A stretch of DNA of 64,000 nt from Pseudomonadota bacterium (lineage in GTDB: Bacteria > UBA10199 > 2-02-FULL-44-16 > DYJF01). Positions within the stretch are counted from its first letter, which is position 1. Each line of letters opens with the position of its first letter. The stretch is from assembly GCA_043823065.1 (NCBI GenBank), contig JBDRBB010000008.1, positions 639 through 64,638 of the forward strand, given 5' to 3'. The position numbers and the translations under genes are program-made. This document shows, piece by piece, positions 18,506-27,382 of this stretch. The notes under the pieces were generated by a model, which did no database searches, was not told the origin of the DNA, and saw only the letters and a list, made by a program, of their open reading frames with translations.

Positions 18506-18997
18506 TTACTGTACTTGCGTGTTGAGCACTGATTTTACAGATGAAACACCTTGTTCAGCTATTTTTACAGTTAATTCAGTCATTTGCGCATAATGAAAAA
18601 CATGAGCTTGGATGCAAAGCAATTCTTGGTTGGAAAATTTTTTGTCACTGTAAAGAATATTGTTTACCAAAGAGTCCATCTGGATTTGACCATTGTTAAC
18701 TACACTTAACATATCCAATACTTTTTTACCTGTTTCAGGTTGGCCAATGCCGGTTGCAGCTTGGTCAGGTGTAAAATCAATTTGATTAGCTCCCAAAGAT
18801 TTCATATCTACGGTGCGGGACATGATATCTTGGCCAATGCCTAATTGTTCAGCAAAATCACGCCCAGCATCAACATTATTTAACACATCTTGAAAAGAAT
18901 TCTGGCCAGCTAGGGGCTGCCCACTGCCAGCGGTTTTGTTAACAGCCTTGTCCAAGGCTTGGGTTGAAAGTTTTGATACTACTGTTTCAATAGCCAT
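18506..18997 (-). CDS. SctI-like inner-rod protein
   Basis: C-terminal SNQELLCIQAHVFHYAQMTELTVKIAEQGVSSVKSVLNTQ resembles the YscI/PrgJ pattern. Confidence 0.7.
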   Translation of the reverse strand: MAIETVVSKLSTQALDKAVNKTAGSGQPLAGQNSFQDVLNNVDAGRDFAEQLGIGQDIMSRTVDMKSLGANQIDFTPDQAATGIGQPETGKKVLDMLSVVNNGQIQMDSLVNNILYSDKKFSNQELLCIQAHVFHYAQMTELTVKIAEQGVSSVKSVLNTQVQ

Positions 18998-18999
18998 AA

Positions 19000-19857
19000 T
19001 TACTCCTGTTGCCCCCCTGGTTGTTCTTCTATTTTATCTTGAACGTTTTCAGAACCAGCAGATTTTTGCTTAATTCGCTTGAACAGCAAGCTCAAGGCGC
19101 GTGCGTGAAGTCTAGAGGTCCAGGATTTAGAGAGTCCTAATCTTTCGCCAATCTCTTCTAAAGTTTTATTCTGAAAGTAATACATCTTCACTAATTGTTT
19201 TTCCTTTTCCGGAAGAGTGCCGATTGCTTCGCGCATATGATTTCTGATTTCTAAAAATTCACTCTTCTTTTCAATATCTTCTACTTTATCGTCAGCAATT
19301 TCAAAATCATCTGAGGCATCCATGGAGATAATATAGATTGAAGCAAGCGTGTTAACTGTTTCCACAGCTTCATCTTCAGCGTGAAAATCAGCAGATTTGG
19401 TAGCGCTGCTGGATTTATATTGCAGATATTCATTTGATGCTTCTTCAAATTTTAATTTTGCATATAAGGTACGAGGTAACCAACCGCTGCGGCGCAAACC
19501 ATCGTAAATGGCGCCTTTAATGCGGTAATAAGCAAACGTTCTAAAATCAACTTCTTCTTTAAGATCAAAACGTTTAGCTGCTTCTAAAAGACCCAGCCTG
19601 GCGTTACAAAGCACATCTTCATAATCAACTGCGCTGGATAAAGTCTGGCAAACTCTAGAGGCAATTGAAGCTGCATAGGGCATATATTGATTGATTAATT
19701 CATCACGTTTTTTAATCAACTCCAGCTCCTTCTTGGTGAGCTTTTTGCCTTGATATTGCTCAGTTACCTGATGCGCAGTTTCCTTGGCATTGATTTTCTT
19801 GCGAAAATCATGCTTTTTAAGCACAGGCTTTAATTTAGCTAAGATGGATTTAGCCAT
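19000..19857 (-). CDS. FliA/WhiG-family sigma factor (sigma28-like)
   Basis: GLLEAAKRFD, FRTFAYYRIKGAIYDGLR, TLEEIGERLGLSKSWTSRLH. Confidence 0.9.
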   Translation of the reverse strand: MAKSILAKLKPVLKKHDFRKKINAKETAHQVTEQYQGKKLTKKELELIKKRDELINQYMPYAASIASRVCQTLSSAVDYEDVLCNARLGLLEAAKRFDLKEEVDFRTFAYYRIKGAIYDGLRRSGWLPRTLYAKLKFEEASNEYLQYKSSSATKSADFHAEDEAVETVNTLASIYIISMDASDDFEIADDKVEDIEKKSEFLEIRNHMREAIGTLPEKEKQLVKMYYFQNKTLEEIGERLGLSKSWTSRLHARALSLLFKRIKQKSAGSENVQDKIEEQPGGQQE

Positions 19858-19900
19858 ATACTCCCCTTTTAACTACAACTCTGATTTCGTCTTTATTGTA

Positions 19901-19916
19901 TGCACGTTCTATGCCA
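19901..19916 (-). promoter_or_regulatory. Sigma54 -24/-12 promoter of the T3SS operon
   Basis: TGGCAT-AGAAC-GTGCA; IHF-like TTTCAAATTGTTA about 30-40 bp upstream. Confidence 0.7.
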
Positions 19917-20091
19917 GGAATTTGACACTGTTTTTGGTGGTATAACAATTTGAAATTATTGGATTATCTGTTATGGCCAAAGATGCTTAAGTAGGGATAA
20001 GGCCCCAAAATTGAACAAAAAGCGGGGGGTAAAGTCTTCAGTTTGAAGTAAAGTTGACAATATAGCCTATGCACGGTACTTAGGCTGCCCT

Positions 20092-22368
20092 ATGAAACAA
20101 ATACAAAAGATTGTTGAACAGGTTATAAAAGAAAAAGGCTTTAACTATTCGGCAACTATTCCAATTTTACAGGGAGTGCAAAAAGAGCTGCGTTATTTGC
20201 CTTTGGAAGCCTTAGAACAAATTGCCAAAAAATGCGAAATTCCAGCAGCCCAGCTTTATGGAGTAGCTACTTTTTATACTCAATTTCGGCTTTCGCCAAT
20301 TGGCCGTCATTTAATTAAAGTTTGTCATGGCACAGCCTGTCATGTGGCTGGAGCGCTTGGTGTATCTGAAAGTTTAGGTGATCGTCTGAAAACAGATTAT
20401 GATGGTGGCACCACCAATGATAATGAATTTACTATTGAATCTGTGGCCTGCCTTGGTTGTTGCTCTTTGGCGCCAGTAATCATGATTGATGAAACTGTAT
20501 ATGGCAATCTAGATCGAACCAAGGCAAGCAAGACAGTTGATGATTTTACTGCCAGCCAAGGTCAGCAACAAGATTTGTTGGAAGGTATTACTATAGATAA
20601 GAAAGATTTGGCCGGGCAGGAAATTGCGCAAGTAATTATTGGTTTAGGTTCTTGCGGTATTGCCTCTGGTGGTAAAGTGGTTTTTGATTTTTTTAGCGCA
20701 GCAAAAAAGAAATTTGATTTGCCGTATCAGTTAATGGAAACCGGTTGTATTGGCATGTGTCACTGTGAACCATTGGTGGAGTTTATTGATCGTTCTGGAA
20801 AAAAGACTATCTATCGTAACATTCAACTCAAAGATGCTAAAAAACTTTTGCAAGATCATTTGGCTCAAGGAAAACCGTTTGAAAAACGCATAGTGGATTT
20901 AAAAACAGAAGGCAGCGAAGAATATGCCTTTTACGCCAAACAAGTGCGCATTGTTTTGGAAAATTGCGGTCAGCTAGATCCTGAATCAATTGATGAATAT
21001 ATTGCCAAAGGCGGCTATGCAGCGATCAAAAAAGTTCGCGAACAAATGAAGCCAGAGCAAGTTATTGCTGAAGTAAAAACTTCTGGTTTAAGAGGCAGAG
21101 GTGGCGCGGGTTTTTCTACTGGCCTAAAGTGGGAGTTTTGTCACAAGGCCCAAGGCACAGAAAAATACATTGTGTGTAATGCTGATGAAGGTGATCCAGG
21201 CGCGTTTATGGACCGTTCAGTTTTGGAAAGCGACCCCCACCGGGTTTTAGAAGGCATGATGATTGGCGCTTATGCTATTGGCGCTAAAAAAGGCTATATC
21301 TATTGCCGGGCTGAATATCCTTTAGCTGTTAAACGTTTGGAAATAGCTATTGCTCAAGCTAAAGCAAAATGTTTTTTGGGAAAAGATTTAGATATTATTA
21401 TTAAAGAAGGTGCTGGTGCTTTTGTGTGCGGTGAAGAAACAGCACTCATTGCTTCTATTGAAGGCAAGCGTGGCATGCCTAAGCTTCGTCCTCCGTTTCC
21501 AGCCCAATCTGGTTTATGGGGTAAGCCAACCAATATTAATAATGTAGAAACTTTTGCTAATATAGCTTGGATCATCAACCATGGTGCTCAAGAATATGCC
21601 AAACTTGGTACAGAAAAAAGCAAAGGCACCAAAGTCTTTGCTTTGGCAGGTGATATCAAAAGAGGAGGCTTAGTGGAAGTGCCCATGGGCATTACGCTTA
21701 TGGAAGTAATCAGAGATATTGGAGGTGGCACTTCTTCTGGTTTGCCTGTAAAAGCGGTGCAGCTAGGTGGGCCTTCTGGTGGTTGTATCCCAGCATCTTT
21801 AATGGGAACAATTGTGGATTACGATGCTGTTAATGCCACAGGCGCTATTATGGGTTCTGGCGGCATGGTGGTTATGGATACCTCTGCTTGTATGGTGGAT
21901 ATTGCCAAGTTTTTCTTGAATTTTACCCAAAATGAATCTTGTGGAAAATGCACTTTTTGCCGCATTGGCACGCGCCGCATGTTGGAAATTTTAACCAGAA
22001 TTACAGAAGGTGAAGGAAGAAATGGCGATATTGAACTATTAGAAGAATTGGCTCAGCAAATTAAAATTTCCAGCTTATGTGGTTTGGGCCAGACCGCGCC
22101 CAATCCAGTGTTGACCACTATTAGATATTTTCGAGATGAATATGAAGCTCATATTAAAGAAGGCAAATGTCCAGCAGGTAAATGCCGGGCTCTGATTAGT
22201 TTTGATATTTCGAAAAAATGTATTGGGTGCGGAGTTTGTATTAAAGCTTGTCCAGTGGATGCCATTACTGGCGAAAAGAAAAAGCTGCATGTCATTTCCC
22301 AGGAAAAATGCACCAGGTGCGGGGCGTGCAAGCAGGTTTGCCCTGTGGATGCTGTTGAAATTAAGTGA
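20092..22368 (+). CDS. NuoE-NuoF (HydC-HydB/BfuC-BfuB-like) fusion flavoprotein
   Basis: NuoE CHGTAC...CLGCC; thioredoxin-like 2Fe-2S; GLRGRGGAGF, NADEGDPG, GAGAFVCGEET, SCGKCTFCRIG; C-terminal 2x[4Fe-4S]. Confidence 0.92.
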   Translation: MKQIQKIVEQVIKEKGFNYSATIPILQGVQKELRYLPLEALEQIAKKCEIPAAQLYGVATFYTQFRLSPIGRHLIKVCHGTACHVAGALGVSESLGDRLKTDYDGGTTNDNEFTIESVACLGCCSLAPVIMIDETVYGNLDRTKASKTVDDFTASQGQQQDLLEGITIDKKDLAGQEIAQVIIGLGSCGIASGGKVVFDFFSAAKKKFDLPYQLMETGCIGMCHCEPLVEFIDRSGKKTIYRNIQLKDAKKLLQDHLAQGKPFEKRIVDLKTEGSEEYAFYAKQVRIVLENCGQLDPESIDEYIAKGGYAAIKKVREQMKPEQVIAEVKTSGLRGRGGAGFSTGLKWEFCHKAQGTEKYIVCNADEGDPGAFMDRSVLESDPHRVLEGMMIGAYAIGAKKGYIYCRAEYPLAVKRLEIAIAQAKAKCFLGKDLDIIIKEGAGAFVCGEETALIASIEGKRGMPKLRPPFPAQSGLWGKPTNINNVETFANIAWIINHGAQEYAKLGTEKSKGTKVFALAGDIKRGGLVEVPMGITLMEVIRDIGGGTSSGLPVKAVQLGGPSGGCIPASLMGTIVDYDAVNATGAIMGSGGMVVMDTSACMVDIAKFFLNFTQNESCGKCTFCRIGTRRMLEILTRITEGEGRNGDIELLEELAQQIKISSLCGLGQTAPNPVLTTIRYFRDEYEAHIKEGKCPAGKCRALISFDISKKCIGCGVCIKACPVDAITGEKKKLHVISQEKCTRCGACKQVCPVDAVEIK

Positions 22369-22376
22369 ATATTTTA

Positions 22377-22456
22377 GTCCTTCGACTCTGCTCAGGACGA
22401 ACGGTTTAGTTTAGGGTGAACTCTTCCGTTCATGCTGAGCTTAGTCGAAGCATGAA
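22377..22456. repeat. REP-like doublet (CTTCGAC family)
   Basis: GTCCTTCGACTCTGCTCAGGACGAACGG...CCGTTCATGCTGAGCTTAGTCGAAGCATG. Confidence 0.8.
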
Positions 22457-22458
22457 TA

Positions 22459-24588
22459 GTGAGTAAAGTTATGCAAATTACTTTAAATGGAAAAAAAGTT
22501 GAATGTCAGGCAGGGGAAACAATTTTGCAGGTGGCCAAAAGAAACGGCATTGAGATTCCCACGCTTTGTTATCAGGAAGAACTTAAACCTTATGGCTCTT
22601 GTTTTATTTGTGTGGTGGAAGTTAAAGGTTTAGCGCGTTTAGTTCCTTCCTGCGCCACTTTAGTGACAGAGGGCATGGAGGTGGAAACTCATAGTGAAAA
22701 AGTAAAAGCATCGCGCAAAGTATGTATTGAACTTTTACTTTCTGATCATGTTGGAGATTGTCGCGCACCTTGTAGTGTAAAATGCCCAGCTGGAATTGAT
22801 ATCCCAGGTTTTGTTTCTCTTCTAGCTCATAGCAGCGAAGCTGAAGCAATTAAGTTAATCAAAGAAGCCTTGCCTTTGCCAGCAAGTTTGGGCCGGGTGT
22901 GCCCCCGTCCTTGCGAAACAGAATGCAGGCGCGCTTGTGTGGATGATGCAGTATCCATTTGTTTTTTGAAACGTTATATTGCGGACAAAGATATGGCTTC
23001 GCCAAATCCCTATGTAGCTACTCCAGGTAAGCCCACTGGTAAAAAAGTAGCAATAGTTGGCGCTGGCCCAGCAGGACTTTCAGCTGCTTTTTATTTAAGA
23101 AAAGATGGCCACGCAGTGACTATCTATGATGCTCACGAGGAAGCAGGTGGCATGTTGCGTTACGGTATTCCAGCTTATCGCCTGCCGCGCGACGTTCTGG
23201 CCAAAGAAGTTGAACTGATTGAAAAAATGGATGTAAAATTCCAGATGCAGCAACGATTGGGCAAGGAATTTACCTTAAAACAATTACAAAATGATTATGA
23301 TGCGGTGTTTTTAGCTATTGGCGCCCAATCAGCTTCAGATATGCGGGTAGAAGGTGAAAAAGAAGGTGGTGCAATTTCCGGAATTGCCTTTTTAGAAGAC
23401 ATTGCCAAAAACAAACCTGTTAATATTGGCCATGATGTATATGTGGTTGGTGGAGGTAATACAGCTATTGATGCTGCTAGAACTTCTTTGAGAATAGGCG
23501 CTAAAAATGTTTCTATTCTTTATCGTCGTTCGCGTGAAGAAATGCCAGCCAACAATTTTGAAGTAGAAGCAGCTTTGCACGAAGGAGTGAAAATTGAATT
23601 TTTAACTTTGCCCACCAAGATGGAAAAAAACACAGATGGAATAACTCTAACTTGCGTGCGCATGCAGTTAGGTGAACCAGATGCTTCTGGTCGCAGGCGT
23701 CCCATTCCTGTTGAAGGTTCAGAATTTAAGGTTAAAGCTTCAGCTGTAATTTCAGCTATTGGTCAAAATGTTGATCCAGCTTGTCTGGATAATGAACCCT
23801 TTGATATTAAGCTTACCAAGTGGAACAGTTTAGATGTGAATGAGCAAACTTTTGAAACCAATCTGTCTGGAGTATTTGCAGGAGGTGATTGTGTATCAGG
23901 CGCTGATATTGCAGTGACCGCAATTGCTGCTGGCAAGAAAGTGGCAGCTTCAATTGATCAATTTTTAAAAGGGGAAAAAATAACCGGCATTCCCAAACAA
24001 TATTTACATGCTATGGGTGAAAAAAAAGAAGATACACCCCAAGAACAATTTATTGGTGTTAAAAAACAAGAAGTAGCGCGTATGCCAGAGTTGCCAGCAG
24101 AAAGTAGGGTAAAGAGTTTTGAAGAAGTAGAAACTGGTTTTATTTTTGAACAAGCCAAAAAAGAAGCTGAACGTTGTTTATCTTGCGGTTGTCGTTCTTT
24201 TGAATCCTGCACCATGCGCAAATTGGCTGACGAGTATGGTTGTTTGCCAGATCGTTTTGCCGGAGAAAAACGTCATTTCTTTGTTGATGATTCTCATCCT
24301 CAAATTAGATATGAAGCGCACAAATGTATTTTGTGCGGATCTTGCATCAGGGTTTGTTCAGAAGTAAAAAATCTAGATGCCTTGGGGTTTGTCAAACGCG
24401 GTTTCTCAACTCAGATGAAACCAATTTTTGAAAAACCTTGGAAAGAATCAACCTGTGATTCTTGCATGAAGTGCGTGCCCATGTGTCCAACCGGAGCGAT
24501 TTCATTAAAAACAACTCCAGCTGAAGAAGTGTTAGCTTTACGTGAAAAAGGCGTCGACGCCAGCAAAGACGTTCCAAAAGATACTTAA
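22459..24588 (+). CDS. NuoG-like Fe-S scaffold with inserted GltD/NfnL-like FAD/NADP(H) domain (StnC/Nfn-BfuA-like)
   Basis: IPTLC...CFICVVE 2Fe-2S; GRVCPRPCETEC; GAGPAG; GGGNTAID; YRRSREEMPA; CILCGSCIRVC and CDSCMKCVPMCP; start may be ATG 22471. Confidence 0.88.
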   Translation: MSKVMQITLNGKKVECQAGETILQVAKRNGIEIPTLCYQEELKPYGSCFICVVEVKGLARLVPSCATLVTEGMEVETHSEKVKASRKVCIELLLSDHVGDCRAPCSVKCPAGIDIPGFVSLLAHSSEAEAIKLIKEALPLPASLGRVCPRPCETECRRACVDDAVSICFLKRYIADKDMASPNPYVATPGKPTGKKVAIVGAGPAGLSAAFYLRKDGHAVTIYDAHEEAGGMLRYGIPAYRLPRDVLAKEVELIEKMDVKFQMQQRLGKEFTLKQLQNDYDAVFLAIGAQSASDMRVEGEKEGGAISGIAFLEDIAKNKPVNIGHDVYVVGGGNTAIDAARTSLRIGAKNVSILYRRSREEMPANNFEVEAALHEGVKIEFLTLPTKMEKNTDGITLTCVRMQLGEPDASGRRRPIPVEGSEFKVKASAVISAIGQNVDPACLDNEPFDIKLTKWNSLDVNEQTFETNLSGVFAGGDCVSGADIAVTAIAAGKKVAASIDQFLKGEKITGIPKQYLHAMGEKKEDTPQEQFIGVKKQEVARMPELPAESRVKSFEEVETGFIFEQAKKEAERCLSCGCRSFESCTMRKLADEYGCLPDRFAGEKRHFFVDDSHPQIRYEAHKCILCGSCIRVCSEVKNLDALGFVKRGFSTQMKPIFEKPWKESTCDSCMKCVPMCPTGAISLKTTPAEEVLALREKGVDASKDVPKDT

Positions 24589-24596
24589 TTATATCC

Positions 24597-24803
24597 CCGC
24601 TCACCCTGAGCTTGTCGAAGGGTGGAGTACTCGTCATTCCTGTATCTTTTTGTCATTCCCGCGAAAGCGGGAATCCCATGCGCTCATTACTGTCATTCTG
24701 AGCAAAGCGAAGAATCCCAAGTAAAAACCCCTGCAGCAGGAAAGGTGTTTGAAGCAGCTGCACTCCACCAAGTATCCGTTCATCCTGAGCTTGTCGAAGG
24801 ATG
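24597..24803. repeat. Mosaic cluster of different REP-like units
   Basis: CACCCTGAGCTTGTCGAAGGGTG; GTCATTCCCGCGAAAGCGGGAATCC; GTCATTCTGAGCAAAGCGAAGAATCC; CATCCTGAGCTTGTCGAAGGATG. Confidence 0.8.
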
Positions 24804-24812
24804 CACCATAAA

Positions 24813-24938
24813 GGGGCATTGCTCTCGTGGCTCTCGGCCGACTTTTTTTATTTCCCTATGAACCTTACGGCGTATTCCTATTTTTCGTCATACCGGGAAA
24901 GTAAAAAAAGCCGCCCTACGCCACTAGCGCAATACCCA
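24813..24938. repeat. Long imperfect hairpin element
   Basis: GGGCATTGC..GTGGC..CTTTTTTTATTTCCC.TATGA pairs with TCATA..GGGAAAGTAAAAAAAG..GCCAC..GCAATACCC. Confidence 0.65.
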
Positions 24939-25042
24939 AGGTGTCATCTAATTAAGGATTATCTTTAACTTGTCGAATTAACTAACAAACAAAGTTCTAG
25001 ACTCAAATAACGCTAGTTGAGTATAGTGGTGAACAAATTTAT

Positions 25043-25606
25043 ATGTTTGCATCAATTATTATATATCTAATTCAAGAACTCTTAACTATGGTTAAGATAA
25101 TATGGAGAGATCCTATGGAATCTCAAATTCTAATTTCATTTATTAGTGCTTTTTTTGGCGCCGGTATTTTACTTTTTTTACAATGGTCCTTTTCAGAACG
25201 AGAGATTCGTCATTTTTGGGAAATAACAGATGATAAAGAATCGCTTCAACATATTATTTATATTTCAAATAATAATAAGCATGCGGCATCTATATTCAAT
25301 CTTGAAGTTGTTACAAGAAATGGAAAAGTGCTTAAAAGAGGAACTACGATGAGTTTGAAGTCTGCCAATGATATGAAGGATATATTTGCAAAAGTTGTTT
25401 TTTTAGAACCTTATCACGTATACCCCTTATGGATAGAGGTATATCGTAAGCATAACGGCAATAAAAATCCGAATGGCATAGAAAACAATGATGATATTAA
25501 ATTGTTAAGGTTCGAGTCCAATGTATGCGGAAGTGGAGCAAGAGGTGTCATTTCAAGGCTTTTCAAGAATAAGATAAGAAAGTATGAAATTAAAAAGCCG
25601 GACTAA
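25043..25606 (+). CDS. Hypothetical membrane-anchored protein (island cargo)
   Basis: Very AT-rich ORF with one TM (ILISFISAFFGAGILLFLQW); start uncertain (may be 25088 or 25115). Confidence 0.6.
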   Translation: MFASIIIYLIQELLTMVKIIWRDPMESQILISFISAFFGAGILLFLQWSFSEREIRHFWEITDDKESLQHIIYISNNNKHAASIFNLEVVTRNGKVLKRGTTMSLKSANDMKDIFAKVVFLEPYHVYPLWIEVYRKHNGNKNPNGIENNDDIKLLRFESNVCGSGARGVISRLFKNKIRKYEIKKPD

Positions 25607-25666
25607 TGAATCAATTTGTTTCGCTATCGCTGTTTTTTATGTTGTTCAATTAAAAACAAAATTTGG

Positions 25667-25704
25667 TGGACACGATACTCAATTGAAATAAGTATCGTGT
25701 CCCC
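25667..25704. repeat. Palindrome GGACACGATACT...AGTATCGTGTCC; half copy at 30481-30500
   Basis: ggacacgatactcaattgaaataagtatcgtgtcccc; ggggacgcgatacttatttc at 30481. Confidence 0.7.
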
Positions 25705-25774
25705 GGAATTTTTCCTGCAGGAATTTTTCAATGAACCATATTTAATTTGAAAGTTATCTGAGAATATTGAAGTT

Positions 25775-26224
25775 TTATATTTTAAACCCCACAAACGTTC
25801 CACCACCAGACATAGAATTACCTGAAAATGTGTTTCCACCAACAGTTAAAGAGGAGTAGCCACCATACATTTTTAGACCAATAGGGCGAAAATCTAGTTT
25901 TTCTACGATTGCAGAATATTGGTCTATCATTTTTACAGACAAAATTAATTCTTCGGAAATCATTACATTTAAAGAACCAGATTCTTCATAAACTTTTACA
26001 GCTGGATGCTTTGAGATAGATTCTTCAACAATAGTGACAAATTGATTTTTCTTTGAGTCTGCAAGAGCTTGAAGCCAAATCTTTGGTTTTTCACCTTTAC
26101 CTATTAAGATTGGTAAAACATCGCCTATAGCAACCAGGTTGCCACCACCGGAAAGCACATTGCTACAAATTGTTAATGTATTAAAAGGAATATAATTTTT
26201 AGGTATGTTTTTACGCGTTATCAT
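25775..26224 (-). CDS. Hypothetical protein (island cargo)
   Basis: 149 aa, beta-rich; 4-bp ATGA/TAA-type overlap with the upstream gene. Confidence 0.75.
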   Translation of the reverse strand: MITRKNIPKNYIPFNTLTICSNVLSGGGNLVAIGDVLPILIGKGEKPKIWLQALADSKKNQFVTIVEESISKHPAVKVYEESGSLNVMISEELILSVKMIDQYSAIVEKLDFRPIGLKMYGGYSSLTVGGNTFSGNSMSGGGTFVGFKI

Positions 26225-26919
26225 TTATTTTGTTCCTTAAATGCATGTCTTTTTGTTGGAGCTTCCTTAAAATGTTTTTCAATTTTTTTCATTACTTTTT
26301 TACGATCGTTTGGAAGACAAAGTCCGATTATATATAGGACTGCCGATAAAGCGATACCTATAACCAATGTTACTTTATCTCCCTTATTTATGTTTGCGAT
26401 ATTTGAGTAACCCTTAGCTAGAAGTTGAAGACCAAAACCAAAAGTTGTTAATGCGATACTAATAGCTAAGGTAAAGGTAATTGGTCTGCCACGCTTTATT
26501 CGTTCAAAGTCTATTTCGCGAAGAGAGTAATCTTTTTGCCATGTGCCAATATCCGCACCTGTCAACAAATCAGGGACAAATTGAGTTTCTGTTATCTCTC
26601 TATTACGCACGTTTTTTTCACTTTCTTCACTTGGTGCAATTATTTGGCAAGCTTTGAGAGCTCCAATTATTATGGTATGTTGTTCATAAAAAACATCCGG
26701 GCCGTATCCCGACATTAAACTTAAATTAAAGTTTTTAAACAATTTGTATGGTGTGCTATCTCTACCATAGTTTTTAATTATGAAGTCTTCAACTTGGGCA
26801 ATCCAGGCTTGGAAGTCAGCAGATGGACTACTGTATATGCCCGTGTTTCCTTGTCGGCTATTATTTTTGAAAGTAAAAGTGTATCCAGTGCTAATTAATT
26901 GTTCAATTATTTCTTTCAT
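26221..26919 (-). CDS. Hypothetical protein with helical N-terminal domain and two C-terminal TM helices
   Basis: 232-aa ORF; TMs ITFTLAISIALTTFGFGLQLL and VTLVIGIALSAVLYIIGLCL. Confidence 0.75.
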   Translation of the reverse strand: MKEIIEQLISTGYTFTFKNNSRQGNTGIYSSPSADFQAWIAQVEDFIIKNYGRDSTPYKLFKNFNLSLMSGYGPDVFYEQHTIIIGALKACQIIAPSEESEKNVRNREITETQFVPDLLTGADIGTWQKDYSLREIDFERIKRGRPITFTLAISIALTTFGFGLQLLAKGYSNIANINKGDKVTLVIGIALSAVLYIIGLCLPNDRKKVMKKIEKHFKEAPTKRHAFKEQNK

Positions 26920-26929
26920 TTTAATTTCG

Positions 26930-26950
26930 TAACCACTGGTAACGGAGCAA
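26930..26950. repeat. Island spacer repeat, copy A (partial)
   Basis: TAACCACTGGTAACGGAGCAA, about 11 bp upstream of ATG 26919. Confidence 0.75.
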
Positions 26951-26967
26951 GTTAGTTTATTAATGAT

Positions 26968-27375
26968 TTAAATATTATATAAAGCAAATATTCCTAACAG
27001 CAATCCAATTTCACCCAATATAACTGATAATACTGCTAATCTGGCAGAAACTCGGTAAGAGGGATCAGATGCACGCCATGCCCACTTTAATTCACCCAAT
27101 AACCCCTTTTGTTTAAGTTTAACATCTACTTCTTCGTTGGGTTTAACATTTAGTTTGCTTCTGGTAAATTCGTCAAGTATGAGTCTTTCATCGCCATATT
27201 CTCGGCAACCACGAACAATAACCAGAGTTTGTTGATCCCCAATCTTCAATTCACAAATAGTACAATCTTTTATCGACACTCCCTTAGCATCTTTTCGATA
27301 TTTCTCTGGTATTCTTGCAATATCTTTTAGTCTATCTTCTTTGTGTGTTTTAGAAATTTTTAATTTTATATCAAT
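26968..27375 (-). CDS. Hypothetical protein, possible double-psi-barrel-like domain plus C-terminal TM
   Basis: Frame open from 27381 (IDIKLKISKTHKEDRLKDIARIP...LILDEFTRSKLNVKPNEEVDV); ATT start after GGTGG, or 5'-truncated; ORF track gives GTG 27279. Confidence 0.6.
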   Translation of the reverse strand: MDIKLKISKTHKEDRLKDIARIPEKYRKDAKGVSIKDCTICELKIGDQQTLVIVRGCREYGDERLILDEFTRSKLNVKPNEEVDVKLKQKGLLGELKWAWRASDPSYRVSARLAVLSVILGEIGLLLGIFALYNI

Positions 27376-27382
27376 TAATTTT

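Noticed and set aside
10237-19857. Flagellar biosynthesis cluster
   Set aside because: No rod, hook, flagellin, FliF or motor genes; SctI-like and LcrH-like genes point to a non-flagellar T3SS
20092-24588. Respiratory complex I, [FeFe]-hydrogenase or glutamate synthase
   Set aside because: No membrane Nuo subunits, no H-cluster motifs and no adjacent gltB
24392-24861. Short ORFs 24392..24637, 24542..24724, 24622..24861, 24634..24819
   Set aside because: Translations of REP units (HPELVEG, VIPAKAGI, VILSKAKNP), not credible proteins
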